DNA of 64,000 bases from Myxococcota bacterium. GTDB lineage: Bacteria; Myxococcota_A; UBA9160; UBA4427. Under the pieces are notes generated by a model that was given only the letters and a program-made list of their open reading frames with translations, had not been told where the DNA came from and did not search any database. Shown here one piece after another: positions 1-9,610 of the stretch. Each line of letters begins with the position of its first letter. Within the stretch, counting starts at the first letter, position 1. The position numbers were made by a program, and so were the translations under genes. Where the stretch lies: contig OZ252299.1 in NCBI GenBank assembly GCA_965250285.1, forward strand, positions 1,760,001 to 1,824,000, written 5' to 3'.

Positions 1-492
1 GCCTGCAACGGCTACGCGAAGATGTTCGACGCCATCTACGATCTGTCGGTGGTGATCACGCGGCCCTACATGACGTACGGCCCGGGCCAGAACGCCGCCA
101 AGGTCGTCCCATACGCCGCCGCCACGTTGTTGGCGGGTGACTCCCCCGAGCTCTCGAGCGGCACCCTCGAGTCGGACTGGATCTACGTCGACGACGTGAC
201 CGACGGGCTCGTGCGGGCCGGCTACGTCGAAGGCCTCGGCGGACTCGAGATCGACCTCGGCACCGGCCAGCTGCACTCGCTGCGGACGGTCATCGAGACG
301 GTGGCCGAGCAGATCGACGGCCCGGGTGCGCCGATCTTCGGATCGCGCGCCGAGCGCCCGCTCGAACGCCCGCGCGTGGCGCAGGTCGAAGAGGCGTCGC
401 GACTCCTCGAAGGCTGGCGGCCGAAGATCGACCTCGAGGAGGGCATCCGGCGCACGGTCGACCACCTGCGCGGCCAGGAGCCGGCCCCTTGA
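1..492 (+). CDS. NAD-dependent epimerase/dehydratase, C-terminal part (5' truncated by window)
   Basis: Frame open from base 1; RPYMTYGPG, SDWIYVDDV, DLGTG and GWRPKIDLEEGIRRT are typical extended-SDR C-terminal motifs. Confidence 0.85.
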   Translation, partial: ACNGYAKMFDAIYDLSVVITRPYMTYGPGQNAAKVVPYAAATLLAGDSPELSSGTLESDWIYVDDVTDGLVRAGYVEGLGGLEIDLGTGQLHSLRTVIETVAEQIDGPGAPIFGSRAERPLERPRVAQVEEASRLLEGWRPKIDLEEGIRRTVDHLRGQEPAP

Positions 493-2582
493 AGCGCGTG
501 GGTCTCGTACTTGCCGCGGTCGTCGTCCTCGGCGGTCTGATTGTCGGCGCGGCGCTCTCGGTGCCGCAGGTGCGGTGGCGCGCTCAGCTCGTGGCGATGC
601 AGGCGCGCGGCGAGATCTACGATTTGGGCTGGACCGAGCTGTTCTCGATGCTCATGCCGGGCAGCCGCTACTACCTCGCGGGCCTCGTCGAGACGCGCAA
701 CCCGTACGGCTCCATCAAGAACCCGTACACCCTGCCGGGAGACGCCGTCGAGGGCGAGACACTCTTCCGCGCGAACTGCGCCAACTGCCACGGCGCGGCC
801 GGGACGGGCGGCGTCGGCCCCGCCCTCAACACATCCGACCTCAAGCACGGCGACACCGATTGGTGGCTGTACCGCGCCATCACGCGAGGCATCCCGGGTA
901 CCGCCATGGTCGGCCGCGATCTCGACGAGCGTTCGGCCTGGCAGGTCGTCTCCTACATCCGCTCGATCGAGCAGGAGGCCGTCGACATCGCCGCCGACGC
1001 TCCGCTCGAGATCGAGCTCGAGCCGGTCACCGACGCACGACTGCTGACCGGTCGCGACGATCCGACGAACTGGCTGACCTACTCGGGCGACTACGACGGA
1101 CAGCGCTTCAGCCCGCTCGACCAGATCGACACCGAGAACGTGGGTGATCTGAAGCTGCTGTGGATGTACCAGACCGATGCCGTCGACGAGTACCTCGAGA
1201 CGTCCCCGATCGTGAACGACGGTGTCATGTACGTCACCGACTCGCCCGGCGGTGTGCACGCCCTCGATGCCGCCACCGGCGAGCTGCTCTGGTCGTTCCT
1301 GCGCTCGCCCCCCGAGCGCCTGTCGCTCTGTTGCGGGCACGTGAATCGCGGCGTCGCGGTCAAGGACGACGCGGTCTTCTGGGCGACGATCGACGCGCAC
1401 CTGCTCGCCCTCGATGCGGCGACGGGTGAAGAGCGCTGGCAGGTCGAGGTCGCCGATCACGAGTTCGGCTACACGATCACGTCGGCCCCGCTCGTCGTGA
1501 AGGACCTCGTGCTGATCGGCGTTTCGGGGGGCGAGTACGGCATTCGCGGGCACCTCGACGCCTATGACGTCGAGACGGGCGAGCGCGTCTGGCGTTTCTA
1601 CACGATCCCCGGGCCCGGCGAGCCGGGCAACGAGACGTGGAGTGGCGACTCGTGGATGAAGGGCGGCGCCGGCGCCTGGCTCACCGGCTCGTACGACCCG
1701 GAGCGCAACCTGCTCTACTGGGGCACCGGCAACCCCGGCCCGCTCTACCACGGCGACACGCGACTCGGCGACAACCTCTACGCCAACAGCGTCGTGGCCC
1801 TCGACGTCGATACCGGTGAGCTGCGCTGGTACTTCCAGTTCACGCCCCACGACCTGCACGACTGGGCAGCGAACCAGATCCCGGTGCTCGTCGATCGCGA
1901 GCTCGGCGGAGAGCCGCGCTCGCTGTTGCTCACGGCCAATCGAAACGGCTTCTTCTATGCGCTCGATCGCGATACGGGTGAGTACCTCCACGCCGAGCCA
2001 TTCGTCAAGCAAAACTGGGCAAAGGCGATCGACGAGACGGGCCGACCCGTGCTCGACGAAAACGCGATCCCGAAGCCGGAGGGGACGATCACCTATCCAT
2101 CGCCCCACGGCGGGACGAACTGGCAGTCGCCCGCCTACTCGCCGAAGACGGGCCTCTTCTACGTCGCGGTCATGGACGGCGGGCGCATCGTCTACAAGCA
2201 GGGCGACACGCCCCGCTACACCCAGGGCGAGTTCTACATCGGCAGCATGCACCAGCTGATCTCGCGCAAGCACCCGTTCACCGCGGCCCTGCGTGCGATC
2301 GATCCCGAGACGGGCGAGGTCGTGTGGTCGTACGAGAACGAGCCGCGGGTCTTCCTCTGGCGCACCGGCGGGCTGCTCGCCACCGCGGGCGATCTGGTCT
2401 TCGGCGGCGACTACACGTCGCTCTACGCCGTCGACGCCCGCAGCGGCGAGGAACGCTGGCGGATGAACGTCGGGGGCTACATCAACGCCGCGCCGATCAC
2501 CTGGGAGGAGGATGGCCAGCAGCGCGTGACGGTGGCCGCCGGCCGCTCGATCCTCACCTTCGGTCTGCCCGACGGCGACTGA
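489..2582 (+). CDS. PQQ-dependent (alcohol) dehydrogenase with N-terminal membrane anchor and cytochrome c domain
   Basis: CANCH heme motif; WLTYSGDY..RFSPLDQI; vicinal CC (SLCCGHVNRG); YWGTGNPGP; TPHDLHDW; GGTNW; Trp-docking repeats; TTG start overlaps upstream TGA. Confidence 0.9.
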   Translation: MKRVGLVLAAVVVLGGLIVGAALSVPQVRWRAQLVAMQARGEIYDLGWTELFSMLMPGSRYYLAGLVETRNPYGSIKNPYTLPGDAVEGETLFRANCANCHGAAGTGGVGPALNTSDLKHGDTDWWLYRAITRGIPGTAMVGRDLDERSAWQVVSYIRSIEQEAVDIAADAPLEIELEPVTDARLLTGRDDPTNWLTYSGDYDGQRFSPLDQIDTENVGDLKLLWMYQTDAVDEYLETSPIVNDGVMYVTDSPGGVHALDAATGELLWSFLRSPPERLSLCCGHVNRGVAVKDDAVFWATIDAHLLALDAATGEERWQVEVADHEFGYTITSAPLVVKDLVLIGVSGGEYGIRGHLDAYDVETGERVWRFYTIPGPGEPGNETWSGDSWMKGGAGAWLTGSYDPERNLLYWGTGNPGPLYHGDTRLGDNLYANSVVALDVDTGELRWYFQFTPHDLHDWAANQIPVLVDRELGGEPRSLLLTANRNGFFYALDRDTGEYLHAEPFVKQNWAKAIDETGRPVLDENAIPKPEGTITYPSPHGGTNWQSPAYSPKTGLFYVAVMDGGRIVYKQGDTPRYTQGEFYIGSMHQLISRKHPFTAALRAIDPETGEVVWSYENEPRVFLWRTGGLLATAGDLVFGGDYTSLYAVDARSGEERWRMNVGGYINAAPITWEEDGQQRVTVAAGRSILTFGLPDGD

Positions 2583-2618
2583 ACACGCGAGGCTCGGCTT
2601 CGGGCCGGCGGCGTAGGA

Positions 2619-4802
2619 TCATGCGGGGCGCAGCTTCTGCTGGCCGATCGGCAGCTTTCGCACGCGCACGCCGGTGGCCCGCGCGATGGCGCTGCACAAA
2701 GCGGGCGCGATCGGCGGCAACCCGGGCTCACCGATGCCGCCCCACTTGTCACCGCCCGACAAGGCCAGGTGGGTCTCCATGCGCGGCGCTTCGGCGAGCG
2801 ACAGCAATCGATAACGATCGAAGTTCGTTTCGACGGCGGCGCCATCGGCGATCGTGATCTCGCCGTAGAGCGCAGCGGTCAGACCGAAGATGATGCTGCC
2901 CTCGATCTGCTCCTCGATCGTGAGCGGGTTGACCGCCGTGCCGCAATCGACGGCCGAGACCACCCGCTCGACGCGCAATGCGCCGGCCGCGTCGACCTCG
3001 ACCTCGACGACCTGGCCCACGATCGTGCCCATGCCTTCGTGAATCGCGAGCCCCTGCCCCTGGCCCTCGGGCAGCGCGCGGCCCCACGAGGCCTTGTCCG
3101 CCAGCACGTCGAGGACATGGAGAAAGTCGGAGCGATCAGCGAGGAGCGCTCGACGAAGCGCGAGCGGATCCTGACCGCCGGCCAGCGCCATCTCGTCGAT
3201 GACGCTCTCGACCGCGAAGGCGTTCTGAGAGTGACCCACCGATCGCCAGATGCCGACCGAGACCGGGGTGGGCTCCATCGCGTGCTCGAAGCGGAGGGCC
3301 GGCACGGCGTACGGGATGTCGTTCAGGCCCATGAGCGACGTCTTGTCGAGCCCATCGACCAGGTGCTTCGGCTCGTCAGAGAAGATCGGTTGCGTCACCG
3401 AGCGTGAACGCAGGGCCGTGGGTCGACCCGCCGCGTCGAGGTCGGCCTCGAACCGGAACGACGCCGTCGGGCGATACCGCCCCTGGCGCATGTCTTCTTC
3501 ACGAGGCCAGAGCAGCTGCACGGGCCCCCCGACCTTCATGGCCACCCGAACCGCCTCGCCCACGTGTCGGTCGTAAGCGCGACGGCCAAAGGCGCCGCCC
3601 ACGAACAGGCCGTGTACGAAGACCTGGTCGGTCGATCGGCCGGTGATTTCGGCGGCCAGGCGAAGGACCGACTCCTGATTCTGCGTGCCGACCCAGACGT
3701 CGACACGCTCAGGGCCGATCTCGACCGTGCAGTTGAGCGGCTCGAGACAGGCGTGCGCGAGGAATGGGACGTGGTAGTCCGCGCGCACCGAGGCACCGCC
3801 GGCCTCCTCGAATCCTGTCGCACCCCGCTCGAGGAACACCTGGCCGGGCTCATCGAGCGCGGCTTCGAAGCGCGCATCGAGCGCCGGGGTCGACGCCGGA
3901 TCTCCGGTCGGTCGCCGCCACTCGATCTCGACCGCATCGAGTGCCTTCATGGCCTGCCAGGTGGTCTCGGCCACGACGACGACGGCGTCGTCGACGACCA
4001 CGACGTCGACCACGCCCGGCATAGACCTCGCGGCGCTCGGATCGTGGGAAGCCAGGCCGCCCCCAAAGTACGGGCAGTGCCGGATGACCGCGAAGCGCAG
4101 GCCCGGACGACGCACGTCGATGCCATACCGGGTCGACCCGTCGACTTTCTTCGGCACGTCGAGGCGGGGCGTCGGTCGGCCCAGCAGCCGGAATGTCCCC
4201 GGGCGTTTCAGCTCGATCGGTGCGTCACCGAGATCGACCCGCGCGGCGGCCGCGGCGAGCTCGCCGTACGAGAACGATGCCTTGCCATCGGGTGCCTCGA
4301 TACGTCCATCGCGCGCGACACAACCGTCGACGGGGATCTGCCAGCGCTCGGCCGCAGCATGGCGCAGGCGCTCGCGGGCGTTCGCGCCCGCCTCCTGGAG
4401 ATACTTGCGCGAGAAGCGCACGGCACCGCTGCCGCCCGTATTGAAGCTGCGGTAGATGCCCCCATCCCGGACGCTGCGATTTACGTCGGCGACGGCGAAG
4501 CGCACGTCGCTCCATTCACACTCGAGCTCTTCGGCGACGATCATCGGCAGCGCCGTCAGCACGCCCTGGCCGAGCTCGGCGCGCGCGACGCGAATGGTGA
4601 TCGTCTCGTCCGGATCGATCGTCAGCCAGGCATTGACTTCGCCGGGGATCTCGAGGTCGGAGGCGAAGAGGTCGGCCTCGTCCGCGCGCCGACACCCCGG
4701 CAGGTGGAACGCAATCACGAGGCCGCCCGCGGCGCTGAGCGTCGCGCCCAGGAATCTTCGCCTCGAGATCTCGGCCCGTTCGCCCGGTGCAATGGGCGTC
4801 AC
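2619..4802 (-). CDS. Xanthine dehydrogenase family molybdopterin subunit (isoquinoline 1-oxidoreductase beta-like), Tat-exported
   Basis: SRRRFL twin-arginine signal; [30 protein letters not shown] and GGIGEPG motifs; GTG start chosen at 4802 overlapping the small-subunit stop. Confidence 0.9.
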   Translation of the reverse strand: MTPIAPGERAEISRRRFLGATLSAAGGLVIAFHLPGCRRADEADLFASDLEIPGEVNAWLTIDPDETITIRVARAELGQGVLTALPMIVAEELECEWSDVRFAVADVNRSVRDGGIYRSFNTGGSGAVRFSRKYLQEAGANARERLRHAAAERWQIPVDGCVARDGRIEAPDGKASFSYGELAAAAARVDLGDAPIELKRPGTFRLLGRPTPRLDVPKKVDGSTRYGIDVRRPGLRFAVIRHCPYFGGGLASHDPSAARSMPGVVDVVVVDDAVVVVAETTWQAMKALDAVEIEWRRPTGDPASTPALDARFEAALDEPGQVFLERGATGFEEAGGASVRADYHVPFLAHACLEPLNCTVEIGPERVDVWVGTQNQESVLRLAAEITGRSTDQVFVHGLFVGGAFGRRAYDRHVGEAVRVAMKVGGPVQLLWPREEDMRQGRYRPTASFRFEADLDAAGRPTALRSRSVTQPIFSDEPKHLVDGLDKTSLMGLNDIPYAVPALRFEHAMEPTPVSVGIWRSVGHSQNAFAVESVIDEMALAGGQDPLALRRALLADRSDFLHVLDVLADKASWGRALPEGQGQGLAIHEGMGTIVGQVVEVEVDAAGALRVERVVSAVDCGTAVNPLTIEEQIEGSIIFGLTAALYGEITIADGAAVETNFDRYRLLSLAEAPRMETHLALSGGDKWGGIGEPGLPPIAPALCSAIARATGVRVRKLPIGQQKLRPA

Positions 4803-5263
4803 GATTTGCCGTCCTGTGGCTGTGCGACGCCGTGGATGGCGCGACGGATCCGCCCGTAGGTGCCGCAGCGGCACACGACCGTCATCGCGCGGTCGATCTC
4901 GTCATCCGATGGCGCGGGCGTTTGCTCGAGCAAGGCCACGGCCGCCATGATCTGCCCCGACTGACAGTACCCGCACTGAGGCACGTCTTCCCGGATCCAC
5001 GCCTCCTGCACGGGATGCAGGCCGTCTGCGCCGACGCCCTCGATCGTCGTGATGGGGCGTCCGTCGACGGCCGAGACCGGAAACACGCACGAGCGCACGA
5101 CGCGTCCGTCGACGTGGACGGTGCAGGCGCCGCAGCGCGCGATGCCGCAGCCATACTTCGTGCCCGTCAGCTGCAGATGGTCTCGCAGCACCCAGAGCAG
5201 CGGTGTGTCGGGATCGACGTCGAGCGAGTGCGTGCGCTCGTTGACGGTGAGCTCGATCTTCAT
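4799..5263 (-). CDS. (2Fe-2S)-binding small subunit (IorA-like)
   Basis: [48 protein letters not shown]. Confidence 0.92.
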   Translation of the reverse strand: MKIELTVNERTHSLDVDPDTPLLWVLRDHLQLTGTKYGCGIARCGACTVHVDGRVVRSCVFPVSAVDGRPITTIEGVGADGLHPVQEAWIREDVPQCGYCQSGQIMAAVALLEQTPAPSDDEIDRAMTVVCRCGTYGRIRRAIHGVAQPQDGKS

Positions 5264-5332
5264 GCGGTGCGAGGGGCCCTTTCGAACTGCGCGACGCGAC
5301 CGGAGCAGCCACAAACTAGCAGTGATCCCGAT

Positions 5333-5350
5333 CTTCGTCTCGAGACGAAG
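5333..5350. promoter_or_regulatory. 18-bp perfect palindrome in divergent intergenic region
   Basis: CTTCGTCTCGAGACGAAG is its own reverse complement; lies 70 bp upstream of the iorA-like start. Confidence 0.4.
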
Positions 5351-5657
5351 GCGTACCGCGCGCCTCATCCCTCTGCGCGGCGCCGAGGAAAATCGCGCGC
5401 GATCCCATATCCTCCCGGCGCCCCGAAGCACGTGGTCTCCGACCCGAACCCCACAGCGGCGCGGGGCATGCGTTCGAAGCACCCGATGGCGCCGAATGAC
5501 TCAGGATCGACCCACGAAACGCCGACGTATAGAGAGACAGGGAGCGGGAGCATGATCACGCACGGGTGCCGCCCCGGTGTTCGCCCGCGTGCTCGAAGCC
5601 CGCGAGCCCCCACTTCCACGCCCGCGACGACCGCGTCGCTCGAGGATTCGGCCAGCG

Positions 5658-7142
5658 ATGAGTGAAGTGCGAGGTGCCGTCACCCGCGGCGCGCTCTTGA
5701 TGGTGATCGCGCGCGCCCTCGACCGCGGCCTCGGCCTGATCAGCATGCTGATCCTGGCGCGCCTGCTCGCACCCGACGCCTTCGGTCTCGTGGCCATGGC
5801 GATGTCCATCGTCGCCCTGCTCGACCTGCTCAAGGCCTTCGGCTTCGACGTCGTGCTGATCCAGCATGCCGACCCGCAGCGCAGTCACTACGACACGGCC
5901 TTCACGTTCAACGTTGCGGTCTCGCTCGGGGTGACGGCGATCCTGGCCGGCCTCGCCCTTCCGGCCTCGAAGTTCTTCTCGGAACCCGGACTCGTGCCGG
6001 TCATGCTCTGGCTGGCCCTCAGCCCGACGATCAGCGCGCTGCGCAACGTCGGCATCGTCGACTTCCGGCGCAACCTCGACTTCGACACCGAGTTCCGCTT
6101 CATGTTCATCGCGCGGGTCGGACGCTTCATCGTGACCGTCACGCTCGCGTTCTGGTTGCAGAACCACTGGGCGCTCGTGGCCGGGATTCTCGCCGGCCAC
6201 AGTTTCGAGGTGATGCTCAGCTACATCATGCACCCGTTTCGACCACGGCTGTCCCTCTCGGAGTGGCAGGATCTGTTCTCGTTCTCGAAATGGCTCGTGC
6301 TGAAGAACTTCGTGAATCTGTTGACCCAGCGCTCCGCCGATTTCGTGGTCGGACGCGTGAGCGGCGCGCGGAGCCTCGGGCTCTTCAACGTGTCGCAGGA
6401 GTTGGCGCTCCTGCCTTCGAGTGAGCTCGCCGCGCCCGTGAACCGCGCGATCTTCCCGGGCTACGCGAAGCAGTCGAGCGACCTGCGCGCGCTCGGCCAG
6501 GGCATGCTCGAGGTCGTCGGCATGCTGGCCCTGATCGTCCTGCCAGCGGGCGCCGGGCTGATGGTCACGGCCGATCACGCCGTTCCACTCCTGCTCGGTG
6601 ACGCATGGCGCGAAGCGATCCCCATCGTCCCCGTCCTGGCTCTGTTCGGGATGATCAACGGGCTGGGGTCGAACACGGGGTACCTCTTCTACGCGCTCGG
6701 TCGCCCCCAGACCGTGCTCAAGGTCTCGGTGCTGCAGCTCCTCGTGCTGATCCCGACCCTGCTGTTCGGCGTTTCGCACTACGGCGTCGCGGGTGGCGCC
6801 TGGGCCTATGTCATCGCCTCGGCGACGGTGATCCCGGTCAGCTACGCGATCCTGCTGGCGGCCCTCGACCGGTCGCCGATCGAGCTCATTTCACGGCTCT
6901 GGCGACCCCTGCTCGCCACCGGCGCGATGGCGGTCGTCACCGAGCAGCTCGAAGGTACGCTGCCGGCCGCGACCGGGACCGTCGAGATCGGATTGCAGCT
7001 CGCCGCTCTCGTGACCACGGGTGTGCTGACCTACGGCGTGGTCTTGCTCGCGCTCTGGTTCGCGTCGGGGCGCCCCGATGGTTCCGAGCACTACGCGCTC
7101 ACTGAGGTGCGTCGCCGGCTGCGGGGAAGTGTGTCGGAATAG
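5658..7142 (+). CDS. Wzx/PST-family polysaccharide flippase (WzxC-like)
   Basis: ILARLLAPDAFGLVAMA motif, many TM helices, DFVVGR...LGLF. Confidence 0.9.
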   Translation: MSEVRGAVTRGALLMVIARALDRGLGLISMLILARLLAPDAFGLVAMAMSIVALLDLLKAFGFDVVLIQHADPQRSHYDTAFTFNVAVSLGVTAILAGLALPASKFFSEPGLVPVMLWLALSPTISALRNVGIVDFRRNLDFDTEFRFMFIARVGRFIVTVTLAFWLQNHWALVAGILAGHSFEVMLSYIMHPFRPRLSLSEWQDLFSFSKWLVLKNFVNLLTQRSADFVVGRVSGARSLGLFNVSQELALLPSSELAAPVNRAIFPGYAKQSSDLRALGQGMLEVVGMLALIVLPAGAGLMVTADHAVPLLLGDAWREAIPIVPVLALFGMINGLGSNTGYLFYALGRPQTVLKVSVLQLLVLIPTLLFGVSHYGVAGGAWAYVIASATVIPVSYAILLAALDRSPIELISRLWRPLLATGAMAVVTEQLEGTLPAATGTVEIGLQLAALVTTGVLTYGVVLLALWFASGRPDGSEHYALTEVRRRLRGSVSE

Positions 7143-7327
7143 CGGCGCAGGCGTCGGTCGGGCGCTCGATTCGAACGAGCGCTCTGACGATCAGCACGAT
7201 TCGCTCGCTGGAGTGCGACCCACCGGCAGCTCGATGGCAGCCGAGCGGCATGCCGTCGCGATCGTCGCCAATCGCCGATCCCACCACTCTGTGGCACGCT
7301 TCCTGACCGGGGGGTGATGGTGGGCCG

Positions 7328-8980
7328 ATGCGACGTTCGAATCATCCCCATGCGCCTCGGGCGCGCGCGCACGACGTGACACGCCGGTCTTCGACCGCGC
7401 TGCGCGTCGCCGTGTGGATCGCGCTCGCCCTGTTGGTCGCCTGCTGCACCGAGCAGGAGGCGCGCGAGGTGCAGGACACTCAATCGATCGACGACGAGGG
7501 CGACCCGACCGACGTCTGGACGGCGCTGGGTGAAGAGTGGGATCCGGCCGGTCGCCTCCCCGACTTCAGCTACGCGGGCTACCGCACCGGCTCGGTGCCC
7601 CTGCCGGCCATCACGAGTCAGGTCAACGTCGAGAGCTACGGCGCGTTCGGCGATGACGATGTGGACGACACCGCCGCGATCCAGGCGGCGATCGACGGCG
7701 TAGCCGCGGGCCAGGTGATCTGGATCCCCGATGGCCGCTACATCGTATCCGATCGGCTGATCATCTCGCGATCCAACGTCGTCCTGCGAGGCGAGAGCGA
7801 AGACGGCGCACGCCTCGCGTTTCAGCGCTCACTGACCGACTTGCTCGGCCCCGAGAGCCGAGACCTCGATTTTCCGAACGTGGGGCCCGGTGAGGGCAAG
7901 CGCTGGGCCTTCATCGGCGGCCTGGTCTGGGTCGAGGGTGCGGATCCGATCGACGCCTCCACCCTGCTCGCTTCGGTCGTCGATGTCGCGTCCCGCGGCG
8001 ACCACGAACTCGAAGTCGACGACGCATCGACGCTCGCCGTCGGCGATTGGATTCGGGTCGTCATGCAAGACCCGCCTTCGGGCGACGACGAGGGTTCGCT
8101 CCTCGCCCATGTGCACGACGACCTGACGGCGACCGGCAGCGAAACCGGCTGGCGGCTGTTCGAGTTCGCGACCCGCATCGAAGCGATCGAGGGCGACCGC
8201 ATCACGCTCGAGCGTCCGCTGCCCCTCGACGTGCAACTCGAATGGTCGCCCGAGATCCACCCCTTCGCTCCGACCGTGCAAGAGGTGGGCATCGAGACGC
8301 TCACCCTCGAGCTTCCGGACATCGCGCCCGGCACCCACCTCTACGAGGTCGGCTTCAACGGCATCTACTTCTACCGCGTCGCGAACTCGTGGGTGCGGGA
8401 CGTGACGATCCTGAACGCCGACAGCGGCATCTTCCTGAACTTCTCGACCTTCAACACGGTCGAGGGCCTGACGCTCGAAGCCTCGCCCTATCGCGAGAGC
8501 CGGTCGGGCCCGAGCGGCCACCACGGGATCGGCCTCGGCTGGCTCTCGGCCGACAACCTGATCAGCGAGTTCGACATCAATACCGAGTTCCGCCACGACA
8601 TCACGATCGAGACGGTGACGCGCAGCAACGTCTTCTCGAATGGTCGCGGCGTCGACGTGAATCTCGACCACCACAAGAAGGCGCCGTACCAGAACCTGTT
8701 CACCGAAATCGATCTCGGGGCTGGCACCCGTGCGTGGGAAAGCGCGGGCCCGTCGAATGGCGGCCCGCAGAGCGCCGCCTTCAACACGTACTGGAACGTG
8801 CGAGCGTCGGGTTCGTTCCCGCTTCCCAAGAGCAACTTCGGTCCGCGGCTCAACTTCGTCGGTCTTCCGGTGACGGGCACGCCGAACTCGACGCTCGACT
8901 GGGCGGTCGAAGGCGACGGTACCGGGGACGTTCCGCCGTCCAACCTCTATCGCGCCCAGCTCGAGTGGCGTCTGCGCTGA
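7328..8980 (+). CDS. Exported pectate-lyase-superfamily (right-handed beta-helix) protein, possible lipoprotein
   Basis: LPDFSYAGY, NVESYGAFGDDDVDDTAAIQAAID, IWIPDGRY, VVLRGES; hydrophobic segment ending LVACC; start uncertain. Confidence 0.75.
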   Translation: MRRSNHPHAPRARAHDVTRRSSTALRVAVWIALALLVACCTEQEAREVQDTQSIDDEGDPTDVWTALGEEWDPAGRLPDFSYAGYRTGSVPLPAITSQVNVESYGAFGDDDVDDTAAIQAAIDGVAAGQVIWIPDGRYIVSDRLIISRSNVVLRGESEDGARLAFQRSLTDLLGPESRDLDFPNVGPGEGKRWAFIGGLVWVEGADPIDASTLLASVVDVASRGDHELEVDDASTLAVGDWIRVVMQDPPSGDDEGSLLAHVHDDLTATGSETGWRLFEFATRIEAIEGDRITLERPLPLDVQLEWSPEIHPFAPTVQEVGIETLTLELPDIAPGTHLYEVGFNGIYFYRVANSWVRDVTILNADSGIFLNFSTFNTVEGLTLEASPYRESRSGPSGHHGIGLGWLSADNLISEFDINTEFRHDITIETVTRSNVFSNGRGVDVNLDHHKKAPYQNLFTEIDLGAGTRAWESAGPSNGGPQSAAFNTYWNVRASGSFPLPKSNFGPRLNFVGLPVTGTPNSTLDWAVEGDGTGDVPPSNLYRAQLEWRLR

Positions 8981-9023
8981 GGCCGGCCACCTTCCCGGCG
9001 ATCGCCCACGCCCGCGCCGCTTG

Positions 9024-9485
9024 TCAGCCTTCGGGCTTTTCTCCGGCGCCGACGAACTCCCCGATCACGATATTCGGCCCAAGGGGAGCATCGCTCCCTA
9101 GGAAGTACTCCTTGTACTTCGTGAATCGCCCCTGCAGCCATCGGTCGATGGTCGACGCGTCGTAGTCGAGCTCGGCCGTCGTGCGAACGCCCAGCTCGGT
9201 GGCGGCCCGCTGGCTTGCGTCCACGTCCTCGACCGCGAGGACGGCGCCCACGATGCCCTCGCCGCGCGTCTCGAGCACCTGCCGAACGTGGCTGTCGCGC
9301 CCCTCGAGCGGAGCGAGCAGCTCGATGCCGGCGTCCCATGCAATCAGGCACTGCACGCCAAACTTCTCGGCGTCTTCGTCGTGCACGGATTCGAAGGTCG
9401 CGCCGAGCAGCTTCTCGTAGAACGCGCGTCCCTGCTCGATGTCCCAGACGGCCATGGTGATTCGATTCACGCCTCGTTGCGGCAT
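9024..9485 (-). CDS. VOC/glyoxalase family protein
   Basis: RITMAVWDIEQGRAFYEKLLG, IELLAP, RGEG..AVEDVD. Confidence 0.8.
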   Translation of the reverse strand: MPQRGVNRITMAVWDIEQGRAFYEKLLGATFESVHDEDAEKFGVQCLIAWDAGIELLAPLEGRDSHVRQVLETRGEGIVGAVLAVEDVDASQRAATELGVRTTAELDYDASTIDRWLQGRFTKYKEYFLGSDAPLGPNIVIGEFVGAGEKPEG

Positions 9486-9610
9486 CGTGGTGCGCTCCTG
9501 TCCGTCGAAGGGGGGTCGGCGAGTCTATCAGCGCCGAGACCCGTTCGAGCGCACTATGCTGAGCCGGGCAGACGAATCGCCGCCTTCGCCTTCGATGCAG
9601 GAGACCCCGC

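Noticed and set aside
7292..7307. Sigma-54 promoter (TGGCACG-N4-CTGA)
   Set aside because: The -12 GC dinucleotide is absent
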